Under the pieces are notes generated by a model. It saw nothing but the letters and a program-made list of their open reading frames with translations. It was not told the origin of the DNA and ran no database searches. A program made the position numbers and the translations under genes. A stretch of 64,000 nucleotides of DNA. It comes from Lama guanicoe (Eukaryota). The stretch covers positions 7,389,757-7,453,756 of the forward strand of contig MU054187.1 in NCBI GenBank assembly GCA_013239625.1, given 5' to 3'. Below are positions 39,408-52,597 of this stretch, one piece after another (within the stretch, counting starts at the first letter, position 1; each line of letters starts with the position of its first letter).

Positions 39408-41564
39408 CCATATGAAGATGTCCTGTTAGAATTACAACACTAATGATGTAGACTCTGGAAATGCCTAATAAGTCAAAGAAGACGTTATTAAAGCTTTTTT
39501 CTGCTTAAGGTGACATCTTTGAACTCTAACACAGAATTGACTCTTCTTGTAATGGTTTTCATTAGCGCATCTGCCCTTATACTCTCACCAAACACACTTG
39601 AGAACTGTAACTTCGTCAAGCACTTTCTGTCCTGAAGCTTTTACCAGTATCTGCTGTCTTTTGTAATTATGCATCCTAGCTAAGGCACAGAAGACTGAAT
39701 GAATGCAAGGATTCATTAACTCTTTGAGTTTGTTAAATACTAACAGTTAACCATTAGAAGTGGTTCGATGATGTTAAGAGTCACACTGCTTCAACTTTTT
39801 CTTTGTTGTAGTTTTTAAATTGTCAATTTTTAGCTATTGACAGATTAAAAGCAAAATAATCATGCCATATTTAGTCCTGGAGTTCAAGTCTAAATGTTTA
39901 TGTGAAAAATTATTGTAGTAAACTTTTAATATGGCAAAGCAACCTTAAGCTCTATTTTAGCCAAATGAAACATAATCTGAGATTATATTAGAACATTTCC
40001 CTTGTCTTCAAACTGTTTGGTGTAACAGAATATTGATATGCAGCTTGGTGGGTTTCACCAGTTAATGCACATTCTTCTCCCCTCCCTCCCCCAATAATAT
40101 GTATACTGAAAAATGTGCATTTGTCTGAGGAATTATTTTGTTTGCTACCACTTAATGAATCTCAAAATTTTGAGTAAATGTACCTCAGTCTAATCAGACT
40201 TTTTATGACCTTTATAACTACATTTAAAACCCTTAATTCCTATTTCTGGGTGTTTGCGAGCCTGATTGCTATCATGAAGTAAAAATTTATTACTCTAGAT
40301 ATTCACTAGCTAAATAAACATAGTTCTTGTTTAGCAAGCATATATTGTTCCTCATCTCTTTTCTCCAGCTTTTGCAGTGTCCTGGCATCCTTAAAATATT
40401 TGAAAATATGGCCTTGATCCATGGATTAAATCAGTATCTAAGTGAATGTGTTGATGTTTTATTGATCAGATCTATATAAATGGGAATACAACATATCTCT
40501 GGGTATTCTTATAGTTACCTTTTTAACATCTTATTTTTTTCATTAATTACATATCAACATTAATTTTGTATCTTGAAACAAATTGATTTTGTATAATTAA
40601 ATGTGTCAAGCATCTGTATTAACTAATTTGATGGCATAAAGTTATGAAATGATGTACTGCCCCTTACATTACTGTTCCAAAAGGAGGAAGCTATGTAGAA
40701 AGATGTGTTATGGGTGAAAATAGCAATACAGTAGATTTGAATACCTTGATGTTTTGCGTTACTCCATTTATGTTTACATCATGTTTAGGAATGTTTTCAT
40801 TTACTATGGTCTTTGGTCACTTCAATTCAAAACTTTAGTGACAGGTTTTTTTTTTGAGGCTCTCATTTATATGATTTTTTTTTGTACAATGTTTTCTTAA
40901 AATGTACAAATGCTGTATTCAAGTGAAAAAAAATGCAGTATTTGTAGATAAATTGTAGCTACTTCACAGTTCTTTGGTAGTCCCAGTGTAGTTACTACTA
41001 GTGTTTACTGAAGGGAATGTCAGAATATTAATAATATATTACAAAATAAAGACTTTCTTAAAGGAAAATTGCACCTATTTTACCTTTTTAAGAGTAAGCC
41101 ATGAAATCTTGTAACATGTCTCTTAACTATTTATAATGAAAATTGGCATTTGGGTTTAGTCACCGCAGCAATGTTCTACATCCCTAAGATTACATAGGTA
41201 GGACGTGTCAGAGGGGACTGTTGTCACTCTGGAGGTCCTATTAGAGAAAACTGTAAAGGGGTGACCTTGTAGAAAGGATCTGAGTCCTCTCTCTGAGGTT
41301 CTCTTTTTCTTGGTGCTTTATTAGCAACTCTGAACATTTTTATAAAACTAGTTACATTATAAACGGATTGAAACGTACCTAATTTACACTAGGTTTCTGT
41401 GTAAGAAATGTCACGGAAACACTCAGCAAGCAGGCTGATTGCAATAGCCGACTCAGAACTGTCGAATGTAACTCAGTAGTCTACTCATGGTGAGGAGTAC
41501 ATCCCAGTGCCTTTAACCTGGATTTCTAATATTAAGTGAAATGGGTGCAGCATTCCTTTGGGAA

Positions 41565-41591
41565 AACAACAACAACAACAACAACAACAAC
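41565..41591 (+). repeat. (AAC)9 microsatellite in the 3'UTR
   Basis: Direct reading. Confidence 0.95.
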
Positions 41592-42492
41592 AAAACACAC
41601 TAGCTTTTCCATCGTGTTTTTCTTTTCCCCTCATGTAAGTTTCCTTCAGAGTGCCTACTTTCTCTTCCTCCTTGGTCTGTCAGTGGATGGCAGTGCCCTT
41701 CCTCTAAGTGAAACGATCGCAGGTTGTCTTGGCAGCATATACAGAAAGGTTTCTCAATTGTAGGGACCGAAAGGGAGAGAAACAGGGCTCTACCGCAGGA
41801 GACTGAGGAAATGTTTTGAATAATCACAAATTAAAACATTGTTGGCCCAGTAAATTTCTTGCTTGATGTTTTTCCAAGACCTGGTTTGAATGTTTCTTAA
41901 TTCAAGTTATCTTATATGGGTGTTTTATTTTGAAAGGTATTATAGTTTGTATATTTAACAGTAAGGGGGAAAATGTAACCAAAATTAGTATTCTTTCTCT
42001 ATGCGTATTGGTACTTGAAGATTCCTTTCAAAAGAAACCCCAGCCTTTTCCTAAGTTCAATACTTACTTCCTCATTTTAACTTAAGTGATCTTTCTAATT
42101 CAAAAGCTGTGTTCTTTTTGAATACCATGCATGGGGGTTAAGCTGATGTTAAAACAGTTTGCAATAAAAAAGAATCAGCTTAAGTCATTTAATCATTTCA
42201 AGTGCATTTCTGCATCCTATAAAAATAAGTGAGAAATTTAAGAGAATTGTGTTTCATTAAGTTTTGCATATCTTTTGTTATGCCATGTAAATTCCCTTCT
42301 TTTTCATATGATTAAAGAAAGGTTAAGATAAAATGATTAGTTCATTTACATTCACTTGTAGCAATTACATGAGATTTGAATTTTGTCGTGTTTGGGTTTG
42401 TTCATTCCTGTGAATGATGGTACAGTTAGGTGAGATTTTCTGTTATGGTACCCAAACTCACCATTTGGTCCTCTTTAATCTTTGAGGGTTTC

Positions 42493-42498
42493 AATAAA
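42493..42498 (+). terminator. Distal polyadenylation signal AATAAA
   Basis: AATAAA, CA about 13 nt downstream (42510-42511), then TGTGTTCTTT downstream element. Confidence 0.8.
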
Positions 42499-43299
42499 AA
42501 TTGTTCACTCATACCTGTGTTCTTTCCATTTTATCTTTATAAATATGTATTGCCTGCCAGAAAACGTAACATTTTTGTTAAATCTGCTATGTGTTTCCTG
42601 ATTGACATACTTTTCGAGTACAGATAGATTATATCACTCGATTTAGTTCGCCATTTAAAATTAAGTGGGGGAATTAAGGAGAGGAGAGGTAACATTTTGT
42701 CCTAATCTTTATGCACTCCCTTGACCTTATTGAATTACATGCTCTTTATGCTGAACTTAGAGCGAAAGAGAAAGAGACCTGTTTCTTTTCATGTGATAGG
42801 AGGAAGTATTGGCACCAGCTGTCTAATAACCCTAATCCCACATTCTTGGTCCCAGGGGATGCTTTTCTAACAGTGTGTGTCCACTGTCCTTTGGGTTGGC
42901 CAGAGCTCATGGAGGTAGGATCGTGGTGACTCTGGGTGGTGCATTGATAATCGTTGCTGGGCTCTCTCTGAGGCCCTTGTTCGGCGGGGAACAACAAAGA
43001 GTTGAGTTTTGAGGGCTGCACCCAACACTGTTAGCCTGTGATCAGGGCACAGCTTTACAGCCACCCCGGGTGTCCCATGCTGCAGCGTCATCAGAAGCCG
43101 CCTTTTTACTGGTCTGCTCCTAAAGAGGGTTTGCGTCTCGTCAGCATACTCATGTGTGGTTGGGACCCGAGTTCTTGCTGACTTGGCTTTATCTTGCTTA
43201 GTGTTACTAGACTTAGTAATTCCAGTCTAGGAGCTAAAGGATTCCTGCGGTTGGAAGTGAACTGACCAGTTCAAGGTCATTTGCTTTCTAATCACTGAA

Positions 43300-43512
43300 C
43301 AATTGACCTGGGAACCACAGGGGTCTGAACTGCACAGATCCACTTGTACATGGAGTCTTTTCAGTGGTCAGTACTACAGTACCACAGGTCGGGTTGGCTG
43401 AATCTGTGGATGGGGGGGGGGCGCCTGGGCTGTGGGGGACCGTGTTGCGGAGGGCCGACTGTAAGTTGTATGTCAGCACTCCTGATGCCCTGTGTTTTTC
43501 AAGGGTCAGCTG
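43300..43512. mobile_element. Tigger2a-like MITE
   Basis: Termini CAATTGACCTGGGAACCACAGGGGTCTGAACTGCACAGATCCACTT ... GTTTTTCAAGGGTCAGCTG form imperfect inverted repeats. Confidence 0.75.
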
Positions 43513-44439
43513 TCTGTGCTATTACATAACCTTGATGTGTGTTCTCTCCTTATTTCTCTCCGTGCGGTAGTGAGAAGTGGAACTGCCACCCACAGGTAGC
43601 AGTGGCAGTTTAAATGCAGTTTATTTATAAAATAGTGCACTAAATTCAAAATTTGTCTACTCCATAATTTGAATTACCTGTACAATATTGGGACTAAAAT
43701 GTAAGTGGAAATTGATTTCATAAAATTTAGTGTACAAAAGGGATATGAATGCAGAATTCGTCTCCCTGGGGGGCGCTGCGCCCCTTCCTGCCCCCCTGTG
43801 GCCCTCCAGAGAGTGCCCCTTACATAGAACGCACTTAGAAGTTTAGATACTCGAGTGGCATTTTAAAACATCACTGGATATTTCTGACACATCTATAACC
43901 AGAATGGCATTATTGTATACAGAAAAATCTTAGAATTGGGAGTTGAAAAGACCAGATTTCCAGTTACTTCTACCTGGTAGATTGACACGGAATAAATCGT
44001 TCCCTTTATTGTTAGTGCACTTAGTAAATGCAGGAGTTTGGCGTAGAGTGCATCTTAGGTTCTCTGCAGGGCTCACGTTTTAGAATTTTATGATTTAAGT
44101 AGCTTTGTAGGTTGCTTTGACAAATACTTGTCCTTTTAAGAATAAGTTTGGAAAACAGTAAAATTTGTAGTAGACATCCTCTATTTACTTTCAGAATATA
44201 GGTAATGAATACATCAAATTGTATTTTATTTATTGAATCTGATCAATTATAACCACTTCTTTCCTTTAGTGAATCTTGAAGTCTAGGGGCCTAAAATTCC
44301 CGTCTTTTCCACAGTGTTGGTAAAAAGAAGCAAGAGAATGTGTGTCCCAAAGAAATCCAGTCCAAGTTTGTTTTTTTTCTTAAATTCTATTGCCATTTTA
44401 CATTATCCCTGTTACCCACCCCCCACCACCACAAAAGCT

Positions 44440-45000
44440 TTATATTTTAGAACAGTTACACAGAAAAATTGGGAAGACAGCACGGATTCCCATAAACTTT
44501 GCACCCAGTTTCCTCTATTGATAACGCCTTACATTAGTCTGGTCCATTTGTTGTAATTAATGGACCAATATTGATTCATTATCATAATTTTTATCTAATG
44601 TCCTCGTTCTGGTTCAGGATGCTGTCAAGGATACCACATTACTTTTGGTTTTCAAGTCTCCTTGGGTTCCTCTTGGCTGTGATGGTTTCTCAGACTTGTC
44701 TGTGGTGACCTTGACAGGACTGAGTACTGGTCAGATACTCTACAGAACACTTGTCTTCTGCATTTTATGAATGTCTGTCTTATGATTAGCCTCGGGGTAT
44801 GAGTTTTTGGGAGGAAGACCCCCATGTAGATCAAGTTGCCATTTCCATGACATGTCAAGGATACATACCACCAACACCCTGTTGGTGTTGACCTTGGCCA
44901 CCTGGCTGTGCTGTGTCAGGTTTCTCCATTATAGTTGCTTTTTTCCTCCTTTCCATACTGTGCTTGAGAAGGAAGTCCCGGTCCACACTTGAGCAGGCGA
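44440..45000 (-). mobile_element. L1MB/MC-type 3' end fragment
   Basis: CAGAAAAATTGGGAAGACAG...CCCAGTTTCCTCTATTG...CCAATATTGATTCATTAT...GAGTACTGGTCAG...TTTTGGGAGGAAGACC. Confidence 0.75.
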
Positions 45001-47425
45001 GTATGCTCTGCCTTATCCTTGTGTTTTTACAGAGGAATACAGGCATCTTCGTCTCACCCAACTTGGTGTCACTAGGTTTTCCTTTCTGCTTTTATCTTTT
45101 TAGAACTCCCCCCCCCACTTTCCCCTTCCTCATTTCTCAACAGAGTGATTGTATATTGGAGGAATTCCTAACAGAGACCCATACCTTCTCCCTGCATTAA
45201 TTCGAACTGTGCGTATAGGGGTGCAGTGATTTTAATAGAGGGATTGAAGATGTTTTAGAATTTAGATGATGGCAGAGTATCTTGATTTTACGTATATAGG
45301 TAAGAACAGATGGCCATCTAAATTTGACTGGGTTAAAAAAACAAATAGAAGTTAAAAAGTATCTTATTGTTAGAATGCTGCCTTCCTTTAAAAAGAAAAG
45401 GTGATTGTATAAATCTAAATAGCAAATAAGAATAGAGGAGATTTTGGAAGGATTAAATGAAGTAACATGAAGTGGTGAGCTGGACCTGTGGCAAGCCTTC
45501 AGATGTTAGCTACTTCTATCCTCTTCTGTTTCTTACGAAAAATTTAGAGTTGATTGATGATCATGGACTATCGCTCCAGGTAATTATTGCTTAGGTGCAG
45601 TTTAGAGGCTGTAGAACGTTGGTTATTTTCCGCTGATATTGTTATGTCATTGAGATCCTGAGAATAGTCACCGCCTGAATAAAACTTAAATTATCATTTA
45701 TCTTTGTTGTTGCAACTTTTGGTTTCCAGGATTCTCAGTGACTGTCAGCCATGCTTTTTCAAAGTAAGTAAAACGAAACAACATAGAGTTAGTTTATCCT
45801 GCTAGAACAGAGCAGATAGCAAAACCAAAGGCAAATTAGACTAAAAGGAAAGCAAATATGGACGAGTCACAAGACAACCTATAAACAATAGAAGAAAATT
45901 AAGCCAGAGAAGAAAACTAGATCAAGAAGAAATTTTCTGCTTTGCTTGGTACAAGTGCCCCTTGATGTTGATGCTGCTTAAGTATGTTAGTAAATTATAA
46001 GAACTTCATCATGAATAAATACGTAGTAACAATTCAAAATGGAGACACTAATGTGGCAGCGTTACCTCCCTATTTCATCCACAATACTGTACAACTTTAG
46101 AAGGAAGAGGTGTTTGACAGATAGTGGTTCCAACTATTCTAGGATTTTTTCCAGTATATATTCGAGATTATATTTGAGGTTAAAAGTCTATAAATACAGC
46201 TTCACCATAACACTGTTGCACTTTAATGTTGAAGCTCTCCTCTCCCGGAGGTTGAGCTTGTTCTGCGTTAACTGACCTTCCGTTTCCTCTGTAAAGCACC
46301 CAGTGCTTGAGTGCAGTTAGAACTTGCATCTCATGGCTGTTCTCTAGTTCACCCCTGTTTGTACGCTGACCAGAGTCATCTGTGCTGCTTCCTAAGCTTG
46401 TTTGTTCCAGTTGTACTTGTTTCTTTCATTATTGGATTTAAATATGTAAATTCATAAAATGTGACTGAAAGAGAGCTGTTTCTGTGCAAACTAAATTGAC
46501 TGCTTTGGAAATACCTGATAAAAGTGAGTCGACTAATTAGGGATAAGAAAACAGTCAAAACTTGGCAGGAAAACCATAAAAATGTAGAAGTTTGCGTGTA
46601 GTTTGCAAGTGTATTTTCAGTTCTCAGTCCAGTGGGAAATCTTAGCCAATGCATTGGACGTGAGGTGTGGTTCATGGTAGAAAGACATCAAATTCCTATT
46701 CAGAGAGAGTGTCTTGGACCTAAATCAAATCCTTGGTGAATTAAGGTATATATGTTTTAAATTAAAATGTTTGTATCACTAATGAATCCAGTCCTTAACT
46801 GACATCTATTTCATTATTTTAGCACTTCATTTTAAAGGTCTTCACCTAAATTATTCTTCTTCAAGTCCCCCAACTTCCCTCCCCGCATTAAACGGCTTAA
46901 CATGGCTGCATGTGTCCATGTGTAATGATAAGTTGGTAAGACATCTTTGCAAATAAATGTAATAAGTATTCATACCACGTAGAAAATGTAGTGTATCAGC
47001 ACTTACATATTTATTTTAGCTATCTGAACTATGAACAGTGTTTTCTGTATGAAACGTTGGAGAGAAGAAATGAATCCACTAACAGTTCCTTGCTTCTAAA
47101 TTTAAAGCCAGCTGAAGCCATGTCAAATCTTGAGTCAAACCATTCTTCTCTTGGAAAGGCACATGTTTCCTTTCTCAGAGCTCATAAAAATAGACGTTCT
47201 TCCCCCCCTCATCATGCCTTTAATAAGGGAAAAAAAAAAAGTGAGGAAGAGGCTGTTAGACATTCAATACCCGTCGTGGAATTATGTAGCCTTGGTTTTC
47301 CAGATAGGCTTGTTTCTGTTTTTTTTTCTTTTCACATTTCTTCTGCTTTCCAGGCAATATTTGAAAGGTCACATATTAAAAACAAACAAAAACCCCCCCC
47401 AAAGGAATGAATATCAGTAGCATAT

Positions 47426-47457
47426 GAGAGTGAGTGTGTGTGTGTGTGAGTGTGTGT
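47426..47457 (+). repeat. Interrupted (TG)n/(GA)n microsatellite
   Basis: GAGAGTGAGTGTGTGTGTGTGTGAGTGTGTGT. Confidence 0.85.
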
Positions 47458-47589
47458 AGAAATAAACGACTTATTTGCATCAGTATTTACTTTCAACTAG
47501 ATTGAAAAAGGGTTTCACTGAAGACATTCTCAACAGCTTTCGGGCAAAGTTTCAAATATTAAAGAAGTCATTAACACAAGCTGCGCTCA

Positions 47590-47910
47590 CATAGAGGCAC
47601 AGCCTCCTCCTGCCCTTCGGTTCGCGCGTGTAGCCGGGCGAGGGAACGTCCGTTCCCGATGAGCTCGCAGCGCCGGCCGCTCCTGAGCGACCCTCCCTCC
47701 GCGCGGCGGCGTCGTCCCCGCGTCATCACACCGTCCAGGGGCGCCGCACAGGCCCGGCCCGAGACACGCCGGTTCCTGCCCGAGGGGTTCCCGTCTCTAG
47801 TCCCATCCAGGTGCTCCCCAGGCCCGACCGCGCTTCGCTCCGGGCGCAGGCGCGATGGGGCACGTTCGGGGTGGTGCGGCCCTAGACCGCTCTCTCCTCT
47901 TAACGGGACT
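47590..47910. promoter_or_regulatory. Small orphan CpG island ~5 kb downstream of the YTHDF3 polyA site
   Basis: Abrupt ~320-nt GC/CpG-rich block between AT-rich flanks; no convincing ORF. Confidence 0.7.
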
Positions 47911-48033
47911 CCCCAGCTTTTTTTTTTAACCAAAATTATCACCAATAAATATCATACTTACATACGTACTATTTATAATACAACAATATATATTGTATAA
48001 TATTAATAATCTCAAATTTACTCGCAGGTTGGG

Positions 48034-48430
48034 CAGCAGTTCTCAATTCCTTTAGTCTCTCAGGACCCCGTTACCCCAAAGTTACTGGGGACCCCAAGGC
48101 GCTTTTTGTTCATGTGCATTCTATCTATTGGCGTTTACCCTACTGGAAACTTAACACTGAAAAATTTTAAAGCACTTGTTCTTTCACTTAATAGCAGCTG
48201 GATTTTCATCTTCTGTTCAAGCTGTCGCGATACCACTTGTCATGTAATCCGCTGGAAAACTGGACTGCACGCTCCGAGAGAATGAGAGTGACAGGTCCTA
48301 GTACGGCTGTGAATATACATGTGGCACAGCAGGTGCCCTCCGGGAACCGCTGCCGTGGGGACACTGTCGGTGGACTGGGCGGTGTCCGCGTTCGCCTGTG
48401 TCAACGGCTGTCCTGAGATCTCTTGACCCC
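48034..48430. mobile_element. Charlie1-type hAT element fragment
   Basis: CAGCAGTTCTCAA...TCTCAGGACCCC..TTAC...GGACCCCAAGGCGCTTTTTGTTCATGTG...TTTACC..ACTGAAAAATTTTAAA. Confidence 0.65.
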
Positions 48431-49290
48431 CGCCTCTTGAGCAGCGCCCCCTGGCCACCCCCCACCATTCTCACACCGCCCCTCCCTTTCTTACAGACGC
48501 ACACCCATCTTTTTCCTTCTTGACCTACTAACGTGAAGTCCGACATGCGTCTCAGCTAACATACTCATTACACGGGATCTACTGATTCATCGCTCTTAGA
48601 CCTCACTGACTTTTTTTTCTTACCTTTGTATCATGTCCTCACCTTATCTGGTGCTTTATTGCCTGTAGAAATAAGGACATGAATGGTTTAACACTCAAAA
48701 TTAGTTGTGGTTTGTAATGGTACGGCGTTTTTTGTGAGGGTATCTGCAGAGGAGTGTCTGCTTTTACCCTTGGTCTTCCTTCCTTGCCCGTCCTAACCCC
48801 GCTCGGCGCCCCTCACTTCCTTTTTCCTGTGTTTGCTCTCTTCTACGGCTCTGCTAAGCTAACCTTCTCAGAGAGCACGTCCCTGGCCTCCCTATCTAAA
48901 ACAGCCCCTCTGCTGCTCTGTCTTCCTCATGGAACTTCCCACAAGTATTTGTGTGTGGCCTCATCTTTGTAAAGTTGGATTTGGGAAGGAAGGGAACTTA
49001 GTCTTTATTGCCATGAACACTGCCTGGCACATGAAACGCGCCACAGTTACTGGTTGAACAAGTCACTGACGCCTCCCGGCCGTTCCTAGGTTGGCCTGAA
49101 TTGAGCCTTTGCTACTGATGGTGGCCTTTGTTGCTTGAGAACCCGAAGTCAGTCTATGAACTGGTGATGCATAAGAAGAAAGTTGATGCTAATTATTGTT
49201 TGACAAAAAGCCACATGACTTTCCTTTTTCTAACCAAGGGGGCAAGTCGACTGCCTGATGGTAGCTCCATTTCTTCTGTAGTGTTCTTTG

Positions 49291-49377
49291 TTTTCTGATG
49301 GAGGCACTGGGGGTTGAACCCAGGACCTTGCGCACATTCAGCACACACTCTACCCCCGAGCTGTGCCCTCCCCCAGG
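49291..49377 (-). mobile_element. tRNA-derived SINE with 11-bp TSD
   Basis: ATGGAGGCACTGGGGGTTGAACCCAGGACC...; TSD AGTGTTCTTTG at 49280-49290 and 49378-49388. Confidence 0.88.
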
Positions 49378-52300
49378 AGTGTTCTTTGGCTGCTCTTGTG
49401 AAATCTGCCCGCTTCCCTCCCTCCTTCCTTCCGTCTGTTCCTCCCTTCCTTTTCCACTCCATTTTTTCCCCTAAAATTGCCTTTGATTCTCATTTAAACA
49501 GAATTTTCTCTGGGTCAGATAAAGTAGGGGTCTACAGTGTGACTGACCCAGAGGTTGCTGAGTGCTGGGAAGGACCTGGGAGGCCATCTAATCACGCCTT
49601 TCAGTTTATAGATGGAGAAACAGGCTGGGAGGCTGTGGCTTTCCCAGGGTCCCAGCTAGTGATGGAATGAGGACTTCAAAACCCAGATTTTCTAGTCTCG
49701 CTTCAAAGCCAAAGGCTTCTCAATCTGTGCCCCGGCCTATTACTCAGTTGTTCACTGACCAGACAATTCAACGCCTCGGTTTTCTTATTTGTAAGATGAG
49801 GAATACCCTGGCTCAGACTTGTTTGGAGAACTAAGTGAGAATTTGCAGTCGGGGCATCTCGACGCCTCCAGGGTCCTCCCTCCCTCTTGTCTCAGCCCTG
49901 CTCCTCCCTGGAAGGGCTCGTCTCCTCGCCTGGCCTGGCGTTTGTTTCCTTCTCTGCGTTTACCTGTATATCGTCCATGTCCTTCTCAAAGCCGTGGGCT
50001 TTTCAGCTTTCAATGAACAGCATTGGCTAGACAAGTGAATCTCTGAAGGTTTTATTTTAAAAAATTAGTCTAATTTTTAGAGATTGATGTTTCCTTGTTA
50101 TTGAAGCATATGTATCACTTTTCAGAAACGTAACCCCTTCTTTAAGTTACACTAACACCCCCACCATAGAGAAAAATGTTCAGTCATAAGATCGTCATTA
50201 TTCATGACACAGGGGCGATGTTACCAATTTTAGATAAAGTAGTAAGGATTTTATCACCTGACTTCTATACTACCCAGCTTCATGTGGTTCCTAACTGAAT
50301 AAGCACAAAATAAAACCGAAAAAAATTTTTTTTAATTACATAAAATGACAGCAGAGGGAGCTATTGCGGCTTGATTGCATTTTCCATTGCCCTGCTTGAG
50401 GTTTTTCTTTAAATGACACTATTTTGACTTAGACCTTCTCATCTCAATTATCAACATGCAGGAAAAATTTTATCTCATTGGAGGATGTATATACATATTG
50501 GAGGATTGCAAAAAATAAGTCCCCCCCCATCTGTCTCCTTTCCATTCCTTTATCTTCCCCTATGCTCCTTAAAGGTAGGTCGGAGAGGTTTTTGGACGTT
50601 TACATAAGACATTCAAAACAACGACTCCTTCTGAAGTGAGGTGCTAGCCTTGCTGGGTATGGGGGAAGAAGGAGGAGAGATTTTGCTTTTAGTCTTGTAT
50701 CATTGATTTGAACTGAATCCCGGGAGCTTATAATTAACAAAATAGTTAAAATATAAACGAAGAGATCTACAGATCTTCCAAGATTGAATCACAGCATCAA
50801 AGTCTCTCTGAAGCCCTCTGTGCACCCCTTGGTCTGATGTAGATGGCGCTCCTTTGTGGTCACTGGATAGGAATCCTCCTCCCCACCTGAGGCAGCTGAC
50901 GGAGTAGAACCAGAAGGGGCTTTGAAGTCAGGCAAGACTGGGGTCAAACATGGCTCAGCCTTTACCGGCCATGTGATATATTAGGCGAGATACTTAACCT
51001 CCTTTAAGGCCTGAATTTCTTCACAAGAAAAATGGAAATACTGATGCTGTTTTGCAAGACTGTTGTGGGAGGCAGAGTGGATTTATGCCGAGGCTCATCT
51101 GATGACGGGCAGATATGTGTTCAGTGAGGGGAACAGGTGGTTTTTAGAGAATGGAGATTGTTTTCTCCACTTTCATAGCCTTGACACTTTGTCAAATAAA
51201 TGTAGCAGTGCCTTCCACCCAGGTTTTCCTTCCAGTGGGATGACATCATTCCTGAGACTTGTGTATCAGATTGTAGCTGCACTGCCTCATTCACATCAAG
51301 CTGTACTCTCAGCTAGCTATTTGGATGAGCAATCTTGATTGAGGCTTAAACTACCAAAGCCTGCTGACGTGTTTCCAGTGGTCCTCTAGTGGCTTGCCTC
51401 AACAGTATGAGGAAGAACACAGTTATAGAAAATTCAGAATGAAAATTTGGCATTCTCAAATCAACCATACAGATAATTTCTACTACCGATGGTGTGAGGT
51501 TTATCTGGCCAGCCTGGAGCAGAGAACAGTTAGGCTGATACTGCTCCTGAGGGCATCACCAGCCTGCATCAGAGATAGTGGGATAATTTTAACAGTGTCA
51601 CCACCTCTAATGAGTTACCCCTCTTTAAAGGCACTTCTCCCACAATGCTTTTATTATGCCTTATTTTGAAATAGTAAGCAGCATTTGTCATATAGCAGTC
51701 TTGTCAGTGCAAATTTTTGAATGAATGAATGAATCCATAATTTTTGCCTAAGTCTGTTAATAGTCCCAAGCGTCTAATTTTGTGTCATTTTGTTGAATGA
51801 GATACAAACATTTTCTTCTGCTTTTTGAGAAGCATTTAGATGGCGAGAACTACTGATCAACTTGATTGTTCCAGAAAGATATAAATGCTACGGGCAGGGT
51901 TCACTTGTTTAGAAGATGCTTCTAGCACTGCAGTAATGTGATAAGGTGTTGCATCCAGGTGAGTGAAACACATGGTAGAAATAGATCCTATAAAAATTCA
52001 GTGCTGCCTGTCTCCTTTCGTTCCTTTCAGTAACAAGCTAGAAGTGAGCTTGGTTTCAGCTTTGTTTCTTTTGACACTTTGCTTTTTATCAGCAACATGA
52101 GATGTGTTGTTTTATCTTCCGTTTTTAATCTCTGTTTTAAACTTACCTCCCCATCCCCCATGCCAAGAACAAATTAAAGGTCACTTTTTCTTAATAGCTA
52201 AGATTGTTATCGCAGGAAATGAGTCAGTGAAAATGTGTCTGCATAAAATAGCAGTAGCAAAATCTGTTCTTAATGAAATTCATTGTTCTAGCAAGAGCCT

Positions 52301-52439
52301 GGAGCTCGGCAAAGAGGTCAGTGATTCTCCCAGATCCCCACGGCCAAAACTTTTGCCAATCAAGTCAATATGCCAAGTTATATACCTGGGAGGAAATTCT
52401 TTCTGAAGTACCTCTTCAGTAAGCCTATTTGGGGTGAAA

Positions 52440-52595
52440 AAAAAAAATGACCACAGTTCCTTTGTCATGCCACAGATTAGCAGGTAGAGTTTATCTTCCC
52501 CTGGAATCTGGTCTGCCCTGGGACTCCTGACCCAACAGAAGACAAGGCAAGTGACCTATGTGGATCTAAGCATTAAGATCTAGGAGCTTCCAATT
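52440..52595. mobile_element. MLT1 (ERVL-MaLR) LTR fragment
   Basis: GGTAGAGTTTATCTTCCCCTGGAATCTGGTCTGCCCTGGGACT..TGACCCAACAGAA...AAGTGAC. Confidence 0.6.
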
Positions 52596-52597
52596 TT

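Larger units (their letters stand above)
39408..42512 (+). other. YTHDF3: YTHDF3 3'UTR (~3.1 kb)
   Basis: AT-rich stretch with no recognisable transposon, running from the stop codon to AATAAA 42493-42498 and a GT/T-rich downstream element. Confidence 0.8.

Noticed and set aside
47571..48000. ORFs of 113-124 aa across the downstream CpG island
   Set aside because: Low-complexity GC-driven frames with no homology I recognise and no exon structure.
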